From Ginglymostoma cirratum (lineage: Eukaryota), in NCBI GenBank assembly GCA_024137785.1, contig JAHRHZ010000266.1, forward strand, positions 41,259,940-41,323,939: a DNA stretch of 64,000 nt, in the 5' to 3' direction. The notes under the pieces are model-generated. The model had not been told where the DNA came from. It saw only the letters and a list, made by a program, of their open reading frames with translations, and made no database searches. The translations under genes were made by a program, and so were the position numbers. Position 1 is the first letter of the stretch. Every line of letters starts with the position of its first letter. Positions 12,900 to 25,220 of this stretch are shown in pieces.

Positions 12900-13815
12900 T
12901 ACATACACACTGGGTAAACCAAATGTGATGGAGGGCAAATTCTTGGAATGCATGTGAGACGGTTCTTTAGAACAGCACTTTAAAGAACCAACTAGAGAAC
13001 TGACTATTCAAATACAGCATTGTGCAATGTAAAAAGACTAAGTAATGATTCTATTGGAAATGAGGTTTTAGGAAAGAGTGATCAAATGTTGGGGTTGTTA
13101 TAGTTTAATCAGAAATTCAGTTCTTAAATCTAGACAAAGAAAGTTACGAAGGCATGAAATTGTAAATTGGCTCTGGTACAGTAGGAAATAATATGAAACA
13201 GTATGACTGTAGAGAGGCAATTGTTAATGTTAAAAAAATCTAACTGTTTACAAAAAAATACATTACAGTAATGCACAAAGATCCAGGAAGGGAAATGTTC
13301 CAACCTAGGTTAATGAAATATATCAAGAACTGTATTAATGGAAATATTAAAGTCATCAAAAAATGTAAGATTGAGGGTTGGCAGCATTTTAGAATTCTGC
13401 AAAGGAGAACCAATCTAAAAGATTTAACAAAGGGAGCGTTTGAAAAAAAGTAAACTGGCAAGAACTATGAAAATGGACTGTCTTATAACACCTAAGAAGA
13501 AAAAGATCAGTAAAAACAAATATGAGCCCATTACAAGCAGTCAGGAGAATTTAAAACAGAGATCAGACAATTTTTCTTTTCTCTCAGAGATTTATGAGAC
13601 TTTGGAATTGTCCTCCTGAAAATATAGTGAAGCAGAGTCCTTGAATATTTTTAAGATAGAGTTCGATAGACTTTTGCGAAGCAAGCAGGAGAAAAGCTAT
13701 CAAGATAAACAGGAATGCAGATCTGAAGGTACAATCAGATCAGCCATGATCTTATTGAATGGCAGAAAAGGATTTGGGGTTGAATGGCCTATTCTTGCCC
13801 CTCATTGAAACGTTC
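12900..13815 (+). mobile_element. CR1/HER1-like LINE (family A) degraded fragments
   Basis: Similarity to CR1 endonuclease-RT linker region, and the 3' tail ATCAGCCATGATCTTATTGAATGGCAG...TGAATGGCCTATTCTTG. Confidence 0.6.
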
Positions 13816-14259
13816 ATAAAGAACAGCACAAGGTGTGTAACTGCACATCTTGAAACATAGTATGGCTCTGAGGCTCAAAGGGAAATATTAGGTCAATTGA
13901 TCAAAAGCATGAAAGAAGAGAATTACGGTGTGTCTTACAGGAAGAAAGTCAAGAGCAGAGAAAGAGTGGTGTAGAGAGGGTCATCCAGGGCTCGGGGCCA
14001 ACAGCGACTGATGGTGTAACCTGAATGCAAAAGCTTATTTATCCTTCTCGGATTATAAACTAGAATGAAAGTCAGACACTGCTAGGTAGCTAAAATATCA
14101 GCACAGTTTTGCAAATTAAAGCAAAGTGGGACTATGGTGGTGTACCCGTTTTAGACTGCCAATTGAAATTCAACCAAATCAAAGTTCTAACATGGAATAA
14201 AAACAGAAGTTGCTCGAAAAGTTCAGCAGGTCTGGCAATATCTGTGAAGAAAAAATCAG

Positions 14260-14297
14260 AGTTAACGTTTCAGGTCCGGTGACCCTTCCTCAGAACT
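14260..14297 (-). ncRNA. Minimal type I hammerhead ribozyme motif in Penelope-like terminus
   Basis: AGUU-CUGAGGA-A-GGGUC(ACCG)GACCU-GAAA-CGUU-AACU: stem I 4 bp, stem II 5 bp, palindromic ACGU in place of stem III. Confidence 0.7.
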
Positions 14298-14676
14298 GAT
14301 GGTAGGTAGGAAAACATTGGTTTATATGCAGAAAATGGGGAGGAGATGGGATAGGGAGTAAATGATAGGATAAAGAATAGAACCCAAAGAGAGAGAAGAG
14401 CAATTGGATAGACAAAGGAGTTGGTAACGATCTGGCTGGGAAGGTGAATAGCAGTTAATGGGGACAATTAGTGATTAACATTGGGTAGTGTGAAGTGGCA
14501 GGCTATGTAATAACAAGGCCTGGTGTATGAGGTAGGGGGCTAGGATATGGGAGAGCTTAGGCCCTAAAATTATTGAACTCGATATTAAGTTTGCAGTGCT
14601 GCAGGGTCGCAAAATGGAAAACGAGGTGTTGTTCTTCCAGCTTGTGCTCAGCTTCGCTGGAACACTGCAGCAAGCA

Positions 14677-15005
14677 GGGGAGGCAATGGCCAAGTGGTAT
14701 TATCATTGGACTGTTACTCCAGAGACCCAGGTAATATTTCGGGAATCCGGGCACGGCAGATGGTGGAGGTTAAATTCAATAAATATCTGGAATTAACAGT
14801 CTAATGATGCCCATGAATCCATTGTCAATTGTCAGGAAAATCCCATCTGGTTCACTAATGTCCTTTGGGAAGGAAACTGCCATCCTTACCTGGTCTAGCC
14901 TACATGTGACTCCAGACCCACAGTAATGCAGTTGACTTTTAACTGCCCAATGGGCAATAAATGTTGCCTAGCCAGCAACACCCTCATCCCATGAATGAAT
15001 AAAGG
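14677..15005 (+). mobile_element. tRNA-headed SINE with LINE family B-derived 3' tail, nested in the PLE
   Basis: Head GAGGCAATGGCCAAGTGGTATTATC; tail GGGCAATAAATG...GCCAGCAACACC..ATCCCATGAATGAATAAA matches LINE B ends (~20120-20170, ~47473-47523). Confidence 0.75.
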
Positions 15006-15971
15006 AAGCCAGAGACAGAGATGTTGGCCAGGAAATAGGGTGGTGTGTTAAAGTGGCAGGAAACTGGAAGCTCAGGGTCTTTTCTGCGAGCAGGCATCAA
15101 GGTTCTAACATTATTGTCCAAAATCTTTGAAGTCATAATAAGCAATTTGGGTATGGAACAGTTGAAGTGCACCACCCATCACCCATAAACACAGACAGCT
15201 TTGGACAAAAAATATCAGACTCTTAAAATAATGGTTAAGATATATTGTCATGAATAGGCACAGGATTGGGATAAAGGTTTAGGTTTTTTACTGTTTCCTA
15301 CCAGAGATACCCTAAATAAACCTACTGGATTTAATCCATTCAAATTGACCGATTGGCTGTGATGACATCCATTCAAATTAAATATTTTTTCAGACAAAAA
15401 GACAAATCTTCGATATTAGATTACATATCCTTGTTTCTTGAAAGAATCACATGAGCATGCAAAGTCATACAGGGGTACTTAAAAACATTTTGGACATAGA
15501 TAAAAGAATGTTCAGACAAACATGCTACAACTGGAACATTTTGGATAGGTGACAAAGTGTGTTTTTTCACTTTTACAAGTTGAGCCTGTGAAAGCCAGAT
15601 TCAACGTTTCTTACAAAATAGTTAGAAGGTTTAACACTGTGACCTATTTGTAGACATGTCTCAATGCAAGTAAAATCAGTTATCTCTTATAAATATATTA
15701 AAATGATATAATCATAGGGAGGAATATAAAAAAAAGCAAATATATCAGGTGGTAAATGTAATGGAGGAAAACAGGGACAGTGAAAATAAGCAGAAGAAAA
15801 GGTACATAGTTCATACAAAGCAAACCTCCCATAATCCATGAACTAAGTGCTATGTTAGCCAAACAAGACGTGAATATCGTGGAATCAGAGCTGATAAAGC
15901 AACATCTTATTGGTTAAGCTCATAAAAACAAACTCAGGTGGAAACAGAGATTCAAAGCATGTTAGAAAGTC

Positions 15972-16111
15972 TGAGGAAGGGTCGCCAGATCCAAAACGTT
16001 AACTCTTGTTTTTTGCCTTCACAGATGCTGCCAGACCTGCTGAGCTTTTCCAGCAACTTTGTTTTTGTTCCTGATTCACAGCAACCACAGTTCTTTCGGT
16101 TTTTGTTCATT
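15972..16111 (+). mobile_element. Short Penelope-like pLTR insertion in the Gypsy RT
   Basis: 10-bp TSD TTAGAAAGTC (15962-15971, 16112-16121); removing the insert restores ...QSMLESRLIE...; degenerate hammerhead (GAAA>AAAA). Confidence 0.85.
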
Positions 16112-17453
16112 TTAGAAAGTCGCCTGATTGAATCCAGCCAAAGGAATCAATGTTCACCAGCGGTGTTAATTTCTAAACTAGATGGGTCATCTAGATTCTG
16201 CTTAGATTACAAAAATAAATGCAGTAACGGAAACAGATTAATACTCAATTTTTTGGTTAGAAGCTTAATGCTAGAAAAGCATGATGCACTGCAATCCTAA
16301 GGCTGTCTGAACAAAGCTGTCCTAGCAAATACCATTAACATCAAAAGTTAGTGATGTCAACCATTGTTTCATCAAGTGGGTTATACCAACGTTGAGTGAT
16401 GCAATTTAAAACATCCCGGTTACATCTAAAAAAAAAACTTATGAATCAAGTCATAGCTAAAGTGCTTAACTGTGTATTTTTGTTTATATGCCATCATAAA
16501 TACTGAAACAGCTGTGAAAAACATGTAAAGTAATGAGAAGACTTGTTTAAGAGTAACAATTAGCTAGCTTAGTAATAAATATTGGCAAAAGTGAATTCAC
16601 AAATGCGAAGTTAACCTACCCAGAACGTATCACAGGGCAAATGCTCATGTTGCCAAGAACAGTGAAAGTGAAGGCTCTGATAGAATTCCCACTTCTAAAA
16701 CTAAACAGGAAATTACAAGAGTGCTGGGAACGTGTGGGTTTTTCACAACTTTGTGCCTGTATTTAGCACAATAGTTGTACCTTTCACAGACATGTTGTGA
16801 AAACAGGCAAGGGTGGTAGGTCAGTAGAATGCCAAGCAATTTTTTCGAAAGCAATCATAATGAATCAATTGGTATTGGCTCCAGTGATTTAACAAAGCTT
16901 TTTTAAAAATGACAACTGATGTCAGTGACTTGAGGATAAGTATGGTTTTATAGCAAGATAATAAATCGAAGATAGAGTAAGGTCCTTTTCCGAGTCGTTA
17001 TACCAATACCACAGGAAGTAACCTACAGTGGAAAAGGAGACTTTGGGATTATTATTGGCTCTTCAACATTTTGAAGACCTCTACATCAGTCACAGTTGCA
17101 AAAAAACAATGTAAATAAGCAATACCCATAATCCCTTAGAAGCTGTACTGAAACTTAAGCCATTAAAGTGAAATTGTTTCCTTGAAGCTTATTAATTCAA
17201 CCATTCAACATAAAAATAATTCATATGCTAGAAAGGATAATGTAATACTTGATGAATCATCAAGAATGTTATTGTTGTGGAATAGGTGAAAAATTTGAGA
17301 AAGAAAATAACAAAGAGTTTGTTTACATCTTGCACAAGGAATGAGTGAGGGTGAATGAATGTCATTTTCTTGTCTTTTTTATGTGAGTATTATGTTTACT
17401 CGGCAATGAAACACGTTTAAAAATGGTGCTTCACTTCTTTAAAGGTAAACACT

Positions 17454-18311
17454 TGTAAGGGACAACATATATTTCCTTTGTGGACTATAAACTGCAATAT
17501 AAGGAGGGCACGGCTATAAAGCTGAAATACCAAGAGAGTTTTGCAACTTAAAAATAACAAATAGGATTGTGTAGTGTCGTTTTTTTAGTTGTTGGAGCAG
17601 TGAGGCCGCTACATTATTGTGACACTGGAGCACCTGGAATTTGAGTTATGGAAAAACTGCCTGATGATAACTCTCAGTTTGGTCCATTTGTAGTTTGCAA
17701 TAAATCTGTGAGGACAGTGTAGCCGGAAACATGCAGAGCTAGCAAATAGGAAACAGCTCTCTTTCCCCTTTTTCTCTACGTGAGTGCAAAGACAAATAAA
17801 AGTAAGAGACTCATCAGAAATAAATTTAATAAAAAAAAATTTGGATCTGTTCAATCAGCAATCAAATCAAAGAATGACCATCGTTCTGCAGACATTTTGT
17901 CATCATTACTAAAACCAAAGGGAGATGGACTTTGAATTTATAAAACTTATTTTCCCTGTCAATATTTTTCCATCTAAAATACTTGAGTCAAATAATCTGT
18001 CTTTTGTTTCATTTATTTGTGAATGCATGTATATATGCTTGGAGCTTTAAAGGGGTACAGTTTAAAAAAACATTGGGTCACTAAATTTCCTTTTTTTTCT
18101 CTCCCAATTGATATAGAATGGTTTCCTTACAATAAACCGAGTTATTTTCCCGTGTTTGCTGAAGGCTGGTGTGAATTGCTTTTGTCCAAAAAAGCAGTCA
18201 GTCAAGCAAACTGTTGATCTTAATGGTTTAATTGGGTATTTCACATCTGTGACAGCTTGTGAACTAGTTGGACTCGATTGTCAGCACATTCTTCCCAAAT
18301 AAGTTGTAATA
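17454..18311 (+). mobile_element. Putative 3' LTR of the Gmr1-like element
   Basis: Non-coding segment starting TGTAAG downstream of RNase H and ending in a degenerate GTTGTAATA; no second LTR copy to confirm. Confidence 0.35.
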
Positions 18312-18479
18312 ATTAAAATTTGCAATGCCCTAAATACCTGATTAGAGGCATGCAGCTAATTCGAAGGTCCAAGGGGTTGGAAGACAATATGGAAATAAGA
18401 AGGAGGACGCAATCTGGTATGAGAATTCTAAAACTAGATGATTGAGAGTCAATGCAAGCAGAGAGATGATGAGGGCTCT

Positions 18480-20175
18480 CTGTAAGTTACCAAGTAACAG
18501 TCTTCAGCCAATTCAATTCACTCTATGTATTATCAAGAAACAGTTGGAGGCACTGGATACTGCAAAGGCTATGCGCCCTGACAACATTCCGGCAATAGTA
18601 CTGAAGACAGCAGTGGTCCAAAATTTGCCGCTCCCCTAGCCAAGCTCTTCCAGTAAAGTTACAACACTGGTATCTACCCAACAATGTGAAACATTGACCA
18701 GAATGTTCTATACACAAGAAGCAAACAAATCCAACCCAGCCAGTTATCACCCCATCAGTCTACACTTGATCAGTAAAGTGATGGAAGTTGTCATCAACAG
18801 TGCTATCAAGCAGCACCTGCTAAGCAATAACCTGCTCAGTGATGCTCACTTTCAGTTCCACGAGGACCACTCAGCTCCTGACCTCGTACATCTTTGGACA
18901 AACATGGACAGAGAGCTGAATTCTAGAGGTGATGTGAGATGACAACTGTTGACATCAAGATATTTGACCAAATATGGCATTAATGTATCCTAGCAAAACT
19001 GGAATCAATGGGTCTCAGACAGCAAAGTATATTTTGGTTGAAGGCAGGCAAACTTGGGCCTAGACCCGAAACGTCAGGTTTCCTGCTCCTCTGATGTTGC
19101 TTGGCCTGCTGTGTTCATCCAGCTCTACACCTTGTTAACACAGGAAGATGGCTGTGGTTATTGGAAGTCAGTCATCTCAGCTCCAGGACATCTCTGCACG
19201 AGTTCCTAAGGATAGTATCATAAGGCAACATCTTTAGTTGCTTTATCAAAGGCCTTCCCTTCAGCATAAGGTCAGAAGTGGGGATGTTTGCCAATGACTG
19301 CACAATGTTCAGTATCTTTCACAACTTCTCAGACACTGAAGGAGTCCATTTTAAATGCAACAAGATCTGGACAATATCCAGGCTTGAGCTGCTAAGTGGC
19401 AAGTAAATTCATGCAATACAAATACCAGACAATTACCATCTCCGATAAGAGATAATCTAACCACAGTCCCTTGACATTCAATGGTATCATTATCATATAA
19501 TCCTCTACTATCAACATCCTGGAGATTACCATTGACTGGAAACTGGACTCGCCACAATAACACAGTGGCTACAAGATAAGGTCAAAGGCTAGGAATACTT
19601 CAATAGGGAGTTCACCTCCTGACTCCCCAAAGCCTGTCCATCATCTGAAAGACACAAGTCAGAAGTTTGATGGCAAACTCCCCACTTGCCTGGATGGGTG
19701 CAATTTCACTAACACTCAAGAAGCGTGGCACTATCCAAGACAAAGCAGCCACTTGATTGGCACCACATCACAAACTTTCACTCCCTCCACAACTGACAAT
19801 CAGTCACAGCAGTGTGTACTATCTACAAAATGCACGGCAAAAATTCATCCAAGATCCTTAACAGCACGTTCCAAACCCACAAACACCTCCATCTAGAAGG
19901 ACAAGGCAGCAGATACATAGAAGCACCGCTATTTGCAAGCTCCTGCCCAGGCCAGTCATCACCCTGACATGGAAATATATTGCCATTCCTTCATTGTCAT
20001 TGGGTCAAAATTGTGGAATTCCTTCCCTAAAGTGCATTATGTGTCAACCTACAGCACATTGACTACAGGAATTCAAGAAGGCAGCTCACCACCTCCTTCG
20101 CAAGGGCAAGTAGGGACAGGTAATAAATGCTGGCCAACCAGCAACACCCACATCCCATGAGGGAATGAAAAGAAA
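18480..20175 (+). mobile_element. CR1/L2-group LINE family B, 5'-truncated ~1.7 kb copy
   Basis: RT-like translations KSNPASYHPISL..ISKVMEVVINSAIKQHLLSNNLLSDAHFQF and SEVGMFANDCTMF; intact 3' tail. Confidence 0.85.
19056..19139 (+). mobile_element. Penelope-like pLTR fragment inside LINE B
   Basis: CCCGAAACGTCAGGTTTCCTGCTCCTCTGATG...GTGTTCATCCAGCTCTACACCTTGTT matches 96-168. Confidence 0.8.
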
Positions 20176-20179
20176 AATG

Positions 20180-20905
20180 TTAAGCAGCAGAGTTTTGGAT
20201 AACCTTAAGTTTACAAAAGACAGAATGTGGGAGACCAGCCAGGATTGTAGTGGAAAAGGCCAAACTACAAGTACAAAGATATAAGGATACCAGAAACAAC
20301 TGAACTAACAAAGGCAAAGTTGATCATTTTAAAAAGGTAGAAATGGGCTGTTTTAGAGATGGCGCAAATATGAATTTGGAAACTCACCTCAGAATGTGAT
20401 ACCAAGTTTGCAAACAGACTGGGTTATGTTCAAATTGTTGCCAGGGAGAGGAATGATGGCAGTAGGTGGGAAACTGAGTGAAGACAGGGGTCTGGAAACA
20501 AAGGCTTCAATTTCCCCAACATTTAGCTGCAGGACATTTCTGCTCATTCAGTACTGGATGTCAAATAATCAGCCTTATAATTTAGCAACAGTGCAGGAGT
20601 TGACAGAGATGGAGTTATATGTCATCAGCATACGTGTAAAAACTAGTGTCTTGCCTTTGGGTGATGTCACCAACGGACAGCATGTAGGATTGGTCAGGGA
20701 TAAATCCAGAAGCAATGGTGCAAGTGTAGGAAAGAAGTCACAGTAAATGATTATCAATCCATAATTAGTCAGGGAAGATTGGAACTATGTGAAAACAGTT
20801 CCACACAGTTGGATAAAGTAGAGAGGTGCTGGAGGAGGATGCTGTGGTAAGTCATGTCAAAGCTGCAGGAAGGTCAAGAAAGTCAAGGAGAATAGATTTA
20901 TCTTC
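20180..20905 (-). mobile_element. L2-like LINE fragment
   Basis: Minus strand resembles L2 RT C-terminal region (YADD-like TACACGTATGCTGATGACAT at ~20618-20637). Confidence 0.55.
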
Positions 20906-23161
20906 TGTCATTTTCATCTTGGATTAATTGTAAGAAAATGACGATTGTGTATCACATGGGGCTGAGGAATGGGGACTGGAGGCAGATGTGAGGGTAAATT
21001 TGAGTCTGCCGACATGCTCCCACCTCTGGTATGAAGGCTATTCTGTGGCGGCCAATTAGGTTATTTAATGTGCCTATTGAGGGTGATCGTCGAACACTGC
21101 CTGGAGGTCTCCCATTTAGGCTTAAGCCCATGGGATGGAGAAATGCCTTATTTAATTTCATCCTCATCTAATGACTGCAGCAGGCCATTCTGGACAACAC
21201 CTACCTCTCCCTCAGAGATCCAGTCACCAAAATCTGGGGGGGCCCTAGTTGCATCTCTTAGTTATGAAATTCAGCCACCATGTTTTAACTGGACTGGGCA
21301 TCAGAGGTGGCCTCCTAATTGATAACATTCAAAAATGTTCTCCCCGAGTGCTTCACCACTGGCATTCAGCTTCCTGACCTGCGTATCATCCAAATGGCTG
21401 GATTTGGATCCAGAAATCCAAGCCAGTCCATATTGTACATGATATGATTACAATTACTTTCGCTTTCAAAAGCAATAGCAAGATCGAAATTTAAACATTT
21501 AAGTAATTTGACTTTAGAAAAGAGGAGCAGAGCAAATGTCATCATCCTATCATTTCAGAAGGTACAATATATTATAAAATATTTGTAGCCCCTTACTATT
21601 AAAATAGATTCTGTAAATCAATAGCACCATCTTAAAGACAAATGATATGTAACGGAATGGTCAAATATATTTTTCAGAAATGAAAATACAGCTACAATAT
21701 GTAATAATCTGAAATAACTACATTCCTGATTGTTGTTAAATACTATTCACCAGACTCCCTTCATGAAAACCCAGGTGAAGGAGCAAGCAATATGGCCATT
21801 CTGCAGTATGGGTTACTGCAGAATTGACATAAAGACAAAGTATATCAAGTATTAATTAAATAAAACTAAGCTTGATTTTTTAAAAAAATATAAATATTGT
21901 ATAAAACATGGAGTTCCACAATCTAACACTGTGAGAATGAATAAGTAGAGTGGAAGCTACTGAAAGGAACCTTGATTTCAATAAAAAATTGTAGAGAGTG
22001 AAGAACACATGAGAAAGCATCAGTATCTCCCCTAAGATTGTAGCCTAGATCATCCAGTGAAGTTATGCCAGCTTCTACCATTTAAATGAAAAAGAACATA
22101 CAAACACCTGCATTCCGTACCTTGGCTAAGTTTGTTGAGCACATATACTAAGGCACCCTCTAAAATAAAAACTTCTGTTTACTTTGCAACCAGCTTTCAT
22201 GTCTCTAGCCACATTGAGCTGCGGCTGGTAGAACCATGTCTGGTGAAGCTATTCACCCCGACTATTGGAGAGGAGAACTGACCCTGTCAGGATTAAGTGA
22301 CTCAACTAAAAATGCTATAACAAAATGCCACAACTAAAATGTCTCAAGGCAGAAAATCCTGGTAAATTTGTCTTGACTAGCCAAATATTTGAACACCTAC
22401 ACAATATTTAGAGCAGATAAATTAATTCACCATGAGGAAACAAAATAAATATCTCCTGCAGCTCTGGTCCCTCCAGCAGATACTTTTTTGGACCACTTTT
22501 CCTTCTTCTTTTATAATACACTTCATTTGAAAACAAGGTCTTCAACAAAAAGAAATGCCAACCATTAATCCTTCAGCAAGCTTTTGTTTTTAAATTGCAA
22601 AATTTTGGAAATCAGAACCTAGCTCTTCAAAAGAGAGGAATCATGCACCAGCACTAAGCACATGGATATTGTTTCTAAGGGCTTTCATCAAGAGAGTGAA
22701 TTGTGCAACTCCCATGAATCCAATATCCAATAGTATAAAAGTGGCAAATCATGATCTGGAATAACTACAACAATGTAAACTCTTTCTGAGATTCTGACGC
22801 TGATTCTGAACTCTCCAACAAGATGTATTAACGTGCAATCCTAGTCAGAAATGAGAAAAAGCAGAAATTAGAAAAATTGTGGTGTCAATCAACACCAATC
22901 TAGATTTAGAACACTGATTTCACCAAAATGAAAATGGTATTTTTCCTATCTCCACTGATATCAAGTGGTTTACTCTGGCTTCCCGGATTCAACAAGAATA
23001 TACATGCATAGCTTCTTTAGTGCAGATAAAAACATTCAAAGACACTTCACCAAAAGGGAAAGAAACAGGCATCAATGCCCTAACATTTGTTCATGTCCAT
23101 CAATAGGTTATTTTGAGGTCAGGAAACTGAAAAGGTTTCCCTCAGACCCTGCTAATTTTAA

Positions 23162-23960
23162 TGTCAGGAACTTTACATTTTGTTGTCTCAGTTTCCCAAC
23201 TGACGTGAAATCTAGTTGCAGACGAGCTGGAGTCAACAAGTGTATGAATGAATGGAGATTTGTCTGGCAACAAATAGCTGATTAGTTTCAGGAATGGTGA
23301 TCAGTTTTAATCTCCTGCCTGTCAAGAACAATGTGGTTGGCTCCCAGGTAGCTGTGGGCGTGTATGTTTGGGTTCAAAAGCCATCAGGTGTCTGGAAAGG
23401 AAGAAGCTGCCCTTCTCTCTGAAAAAGAAGTATCTCAAATATGAATGAAGCCAATTTATTTCCCCTAATCAGTTGATATCAGCTGTGGATCTTAACCATC
23501 AGTTAGATACTTCCAAAGTGTAAAACAGTAGCTCTGTACATTCTGCATTTAATTGAAAGTACCTAGGGAAGGAAGATCAAGAAGGAGCAAATCCTGACAA
23601 ACAAAAAAGGATCAACTCAATGAAGCCTGCAGGCAAAGACCATTGAACTGCATTCCTAGTTGTCCACCCATAATACTCAGTTTATTTTTGTGTCTTTCTA
23701 TGTCTGTATGTGCGTCTAAATGCATGTGTGTGCATATGCAGTGTGTAGAGAGCGGATCCATGGTTTATAATGGCTTATCTATAGCTGGAATCTACTTATT
23801 TGCAATGGATAGTATTTTGTCTGAAGAACAGAAACCCGGCTGTGCAAAACAAAGGTAAAGTGGGGAATTTCGCATAATGTAGTAAAATCTTTAATCTTTG
23901 TGACAACTCTGGGATTAGCAGGGCTTGATTTCCAGTGTGCTACCTCAGTGAGACATAACA
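23162..23960. mobile_element. Possible solo LTR
   Basis: TGTCAGG...CATAACA termini, non-coding interior; no TSD seen. Confidence 0.35.
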
Positions 23961-24019
23961 ACAAGTAAGTAGAGATAAGGTTATCATAGAATTTAAGCAT
24001 ATACAAAATTTGAGAAATT

Positions 24020-25220
24020 CAAGCCTTTTGCACTATTTAATATCACCATGGCTGATCTCCTAATTCAATTCTGTCTTTGCATACCATGCCCATCTTCCTT
24101 AATACCCTTAGTATCCATAAATCCATGAATCTCTAATGTTCATCAGTTTAATAAATAGGCATATAAGTAAGTACCCTTCTGAAGTACAATGGTCCAAAGA
24201 TCTGCAACCCTTTGAGTCACAATAATTCCTCTTTATTTCATTGATAAGTGCAGTTCCTAGTTCTAGACTCCCAAACAGATGAAACATCATTCTACAATCT
24301 ACCTGATTAAGTCCTTTAATAGCTTATATGTTTCAATGAAATCCCCTCTCATTCTTGTCAATTCCAGGGAATCAGTCACAGTTTATTCAATCTCCCTGAA
24401 TTACAAATCACCTCATACCAGGAGTCAGTCTAGTGAAGCTAAGTATAGCATTCCTTCAGTAAGAATACTAAACTAAAAAGGGCTGAACTTAAGCAAAAAT
24501 TGGCTGAAGTGTTGATTTTCAGGAGTTTCATGGTAGGGGGGTTCTATCCATGAGCTCTACCAAATTATCTCATGCAATTATCTGATGGTCACCTTATTAT
24601 GTATGCACAAAGCATCAATGGATCTCTCTTGTACTAACTCGCATTCACGAACTTCTGGGGTTCATGCCACCTGGCCATACTTAAAGACCAGAAGTGCACT
24701 AGGCCTGCCAGAAGTAGCCCTACACAGTAAACACAGTGACAGGGATATAGCAGACATAGGCAACACTTCATTGAAGACACCTCATCACAGAATTGTTATG
24801 GTGCAAAAGGAGGCTATTTGGCCCATCCTGAGTTCACTGGGTCTTCAAACGAGAATCTTTACCTAGTGCCAATCTCTTGTTTATTCCCCTTACCTTTGCA
24901 CACTATTTCTATTCAAGTAATCATTCAATGCCCTCTTGAATGCCTTAATTGAACCTGTCTCCACCATACTTCCAGGCAATACATTCCATACCCTATCTAA
25001 TCGCTGACTGAAAATGATTTTTCTCACATCATCCTTGCTTTATTGCTATTGCACATCACTTTAAATTTATGCTCTCATGTCCTTGTTCATTTTACAAGCA
25101 GGAACAGCTTTTCACCATCTAATCCATCTAGCCTGTTCATGATTTTGAAAACCTCTATCAAATCTCCTCTCAGCTTTCTTCTCTCCAAGGAGAACAGTCT
25201 CAACTGGTTCAATCTATCCC
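24020..25220 (-). mobile_element. Two CR1 family A 3' fragments (~24020-24460 and ~24785-25220)
   Basis: ACCTCTATCAAATCTCCTCTCAGC and AATGCCCTCTTGAATGCC, shared with 54270-54700. Confidence 0.7.

Larger units (their letters stand above)
14194..15095 (-). mobile_element. Penelope-like element 3' part (GIY-YIG C-terminal region, pLTR, hammerhead)
   Basis: Translations PELPVSCHFNTPP and LLQCSSEAEHKLEEQHLVFHFATLQHCKLNIEFNNFR; flanked by a 16-bp direct repeat ATCAA(A/G)GTTCTAACAT (14178-14193, 15096-15111). Confidence 0.85.
14100..17270 (+). mobile_element. Decayed Ty3/Gypsy LTR retrotransposon with IN-RT-RNaseH order (Gmr1-like)
   Basis: Integrase-like FRLPIEIQPNQSSN (~14150-14192) and DWDKGLGFLLF (~15265); RT-like ETEIQSMLES/RLIESSQ...SPAVLISKLDGSSRFCLDY (15940-16210); RNase H-like TDVSDL (~16915) and TVEKETLGLLLALQHFE (~17025-17075). 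Confidence 0.8.
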
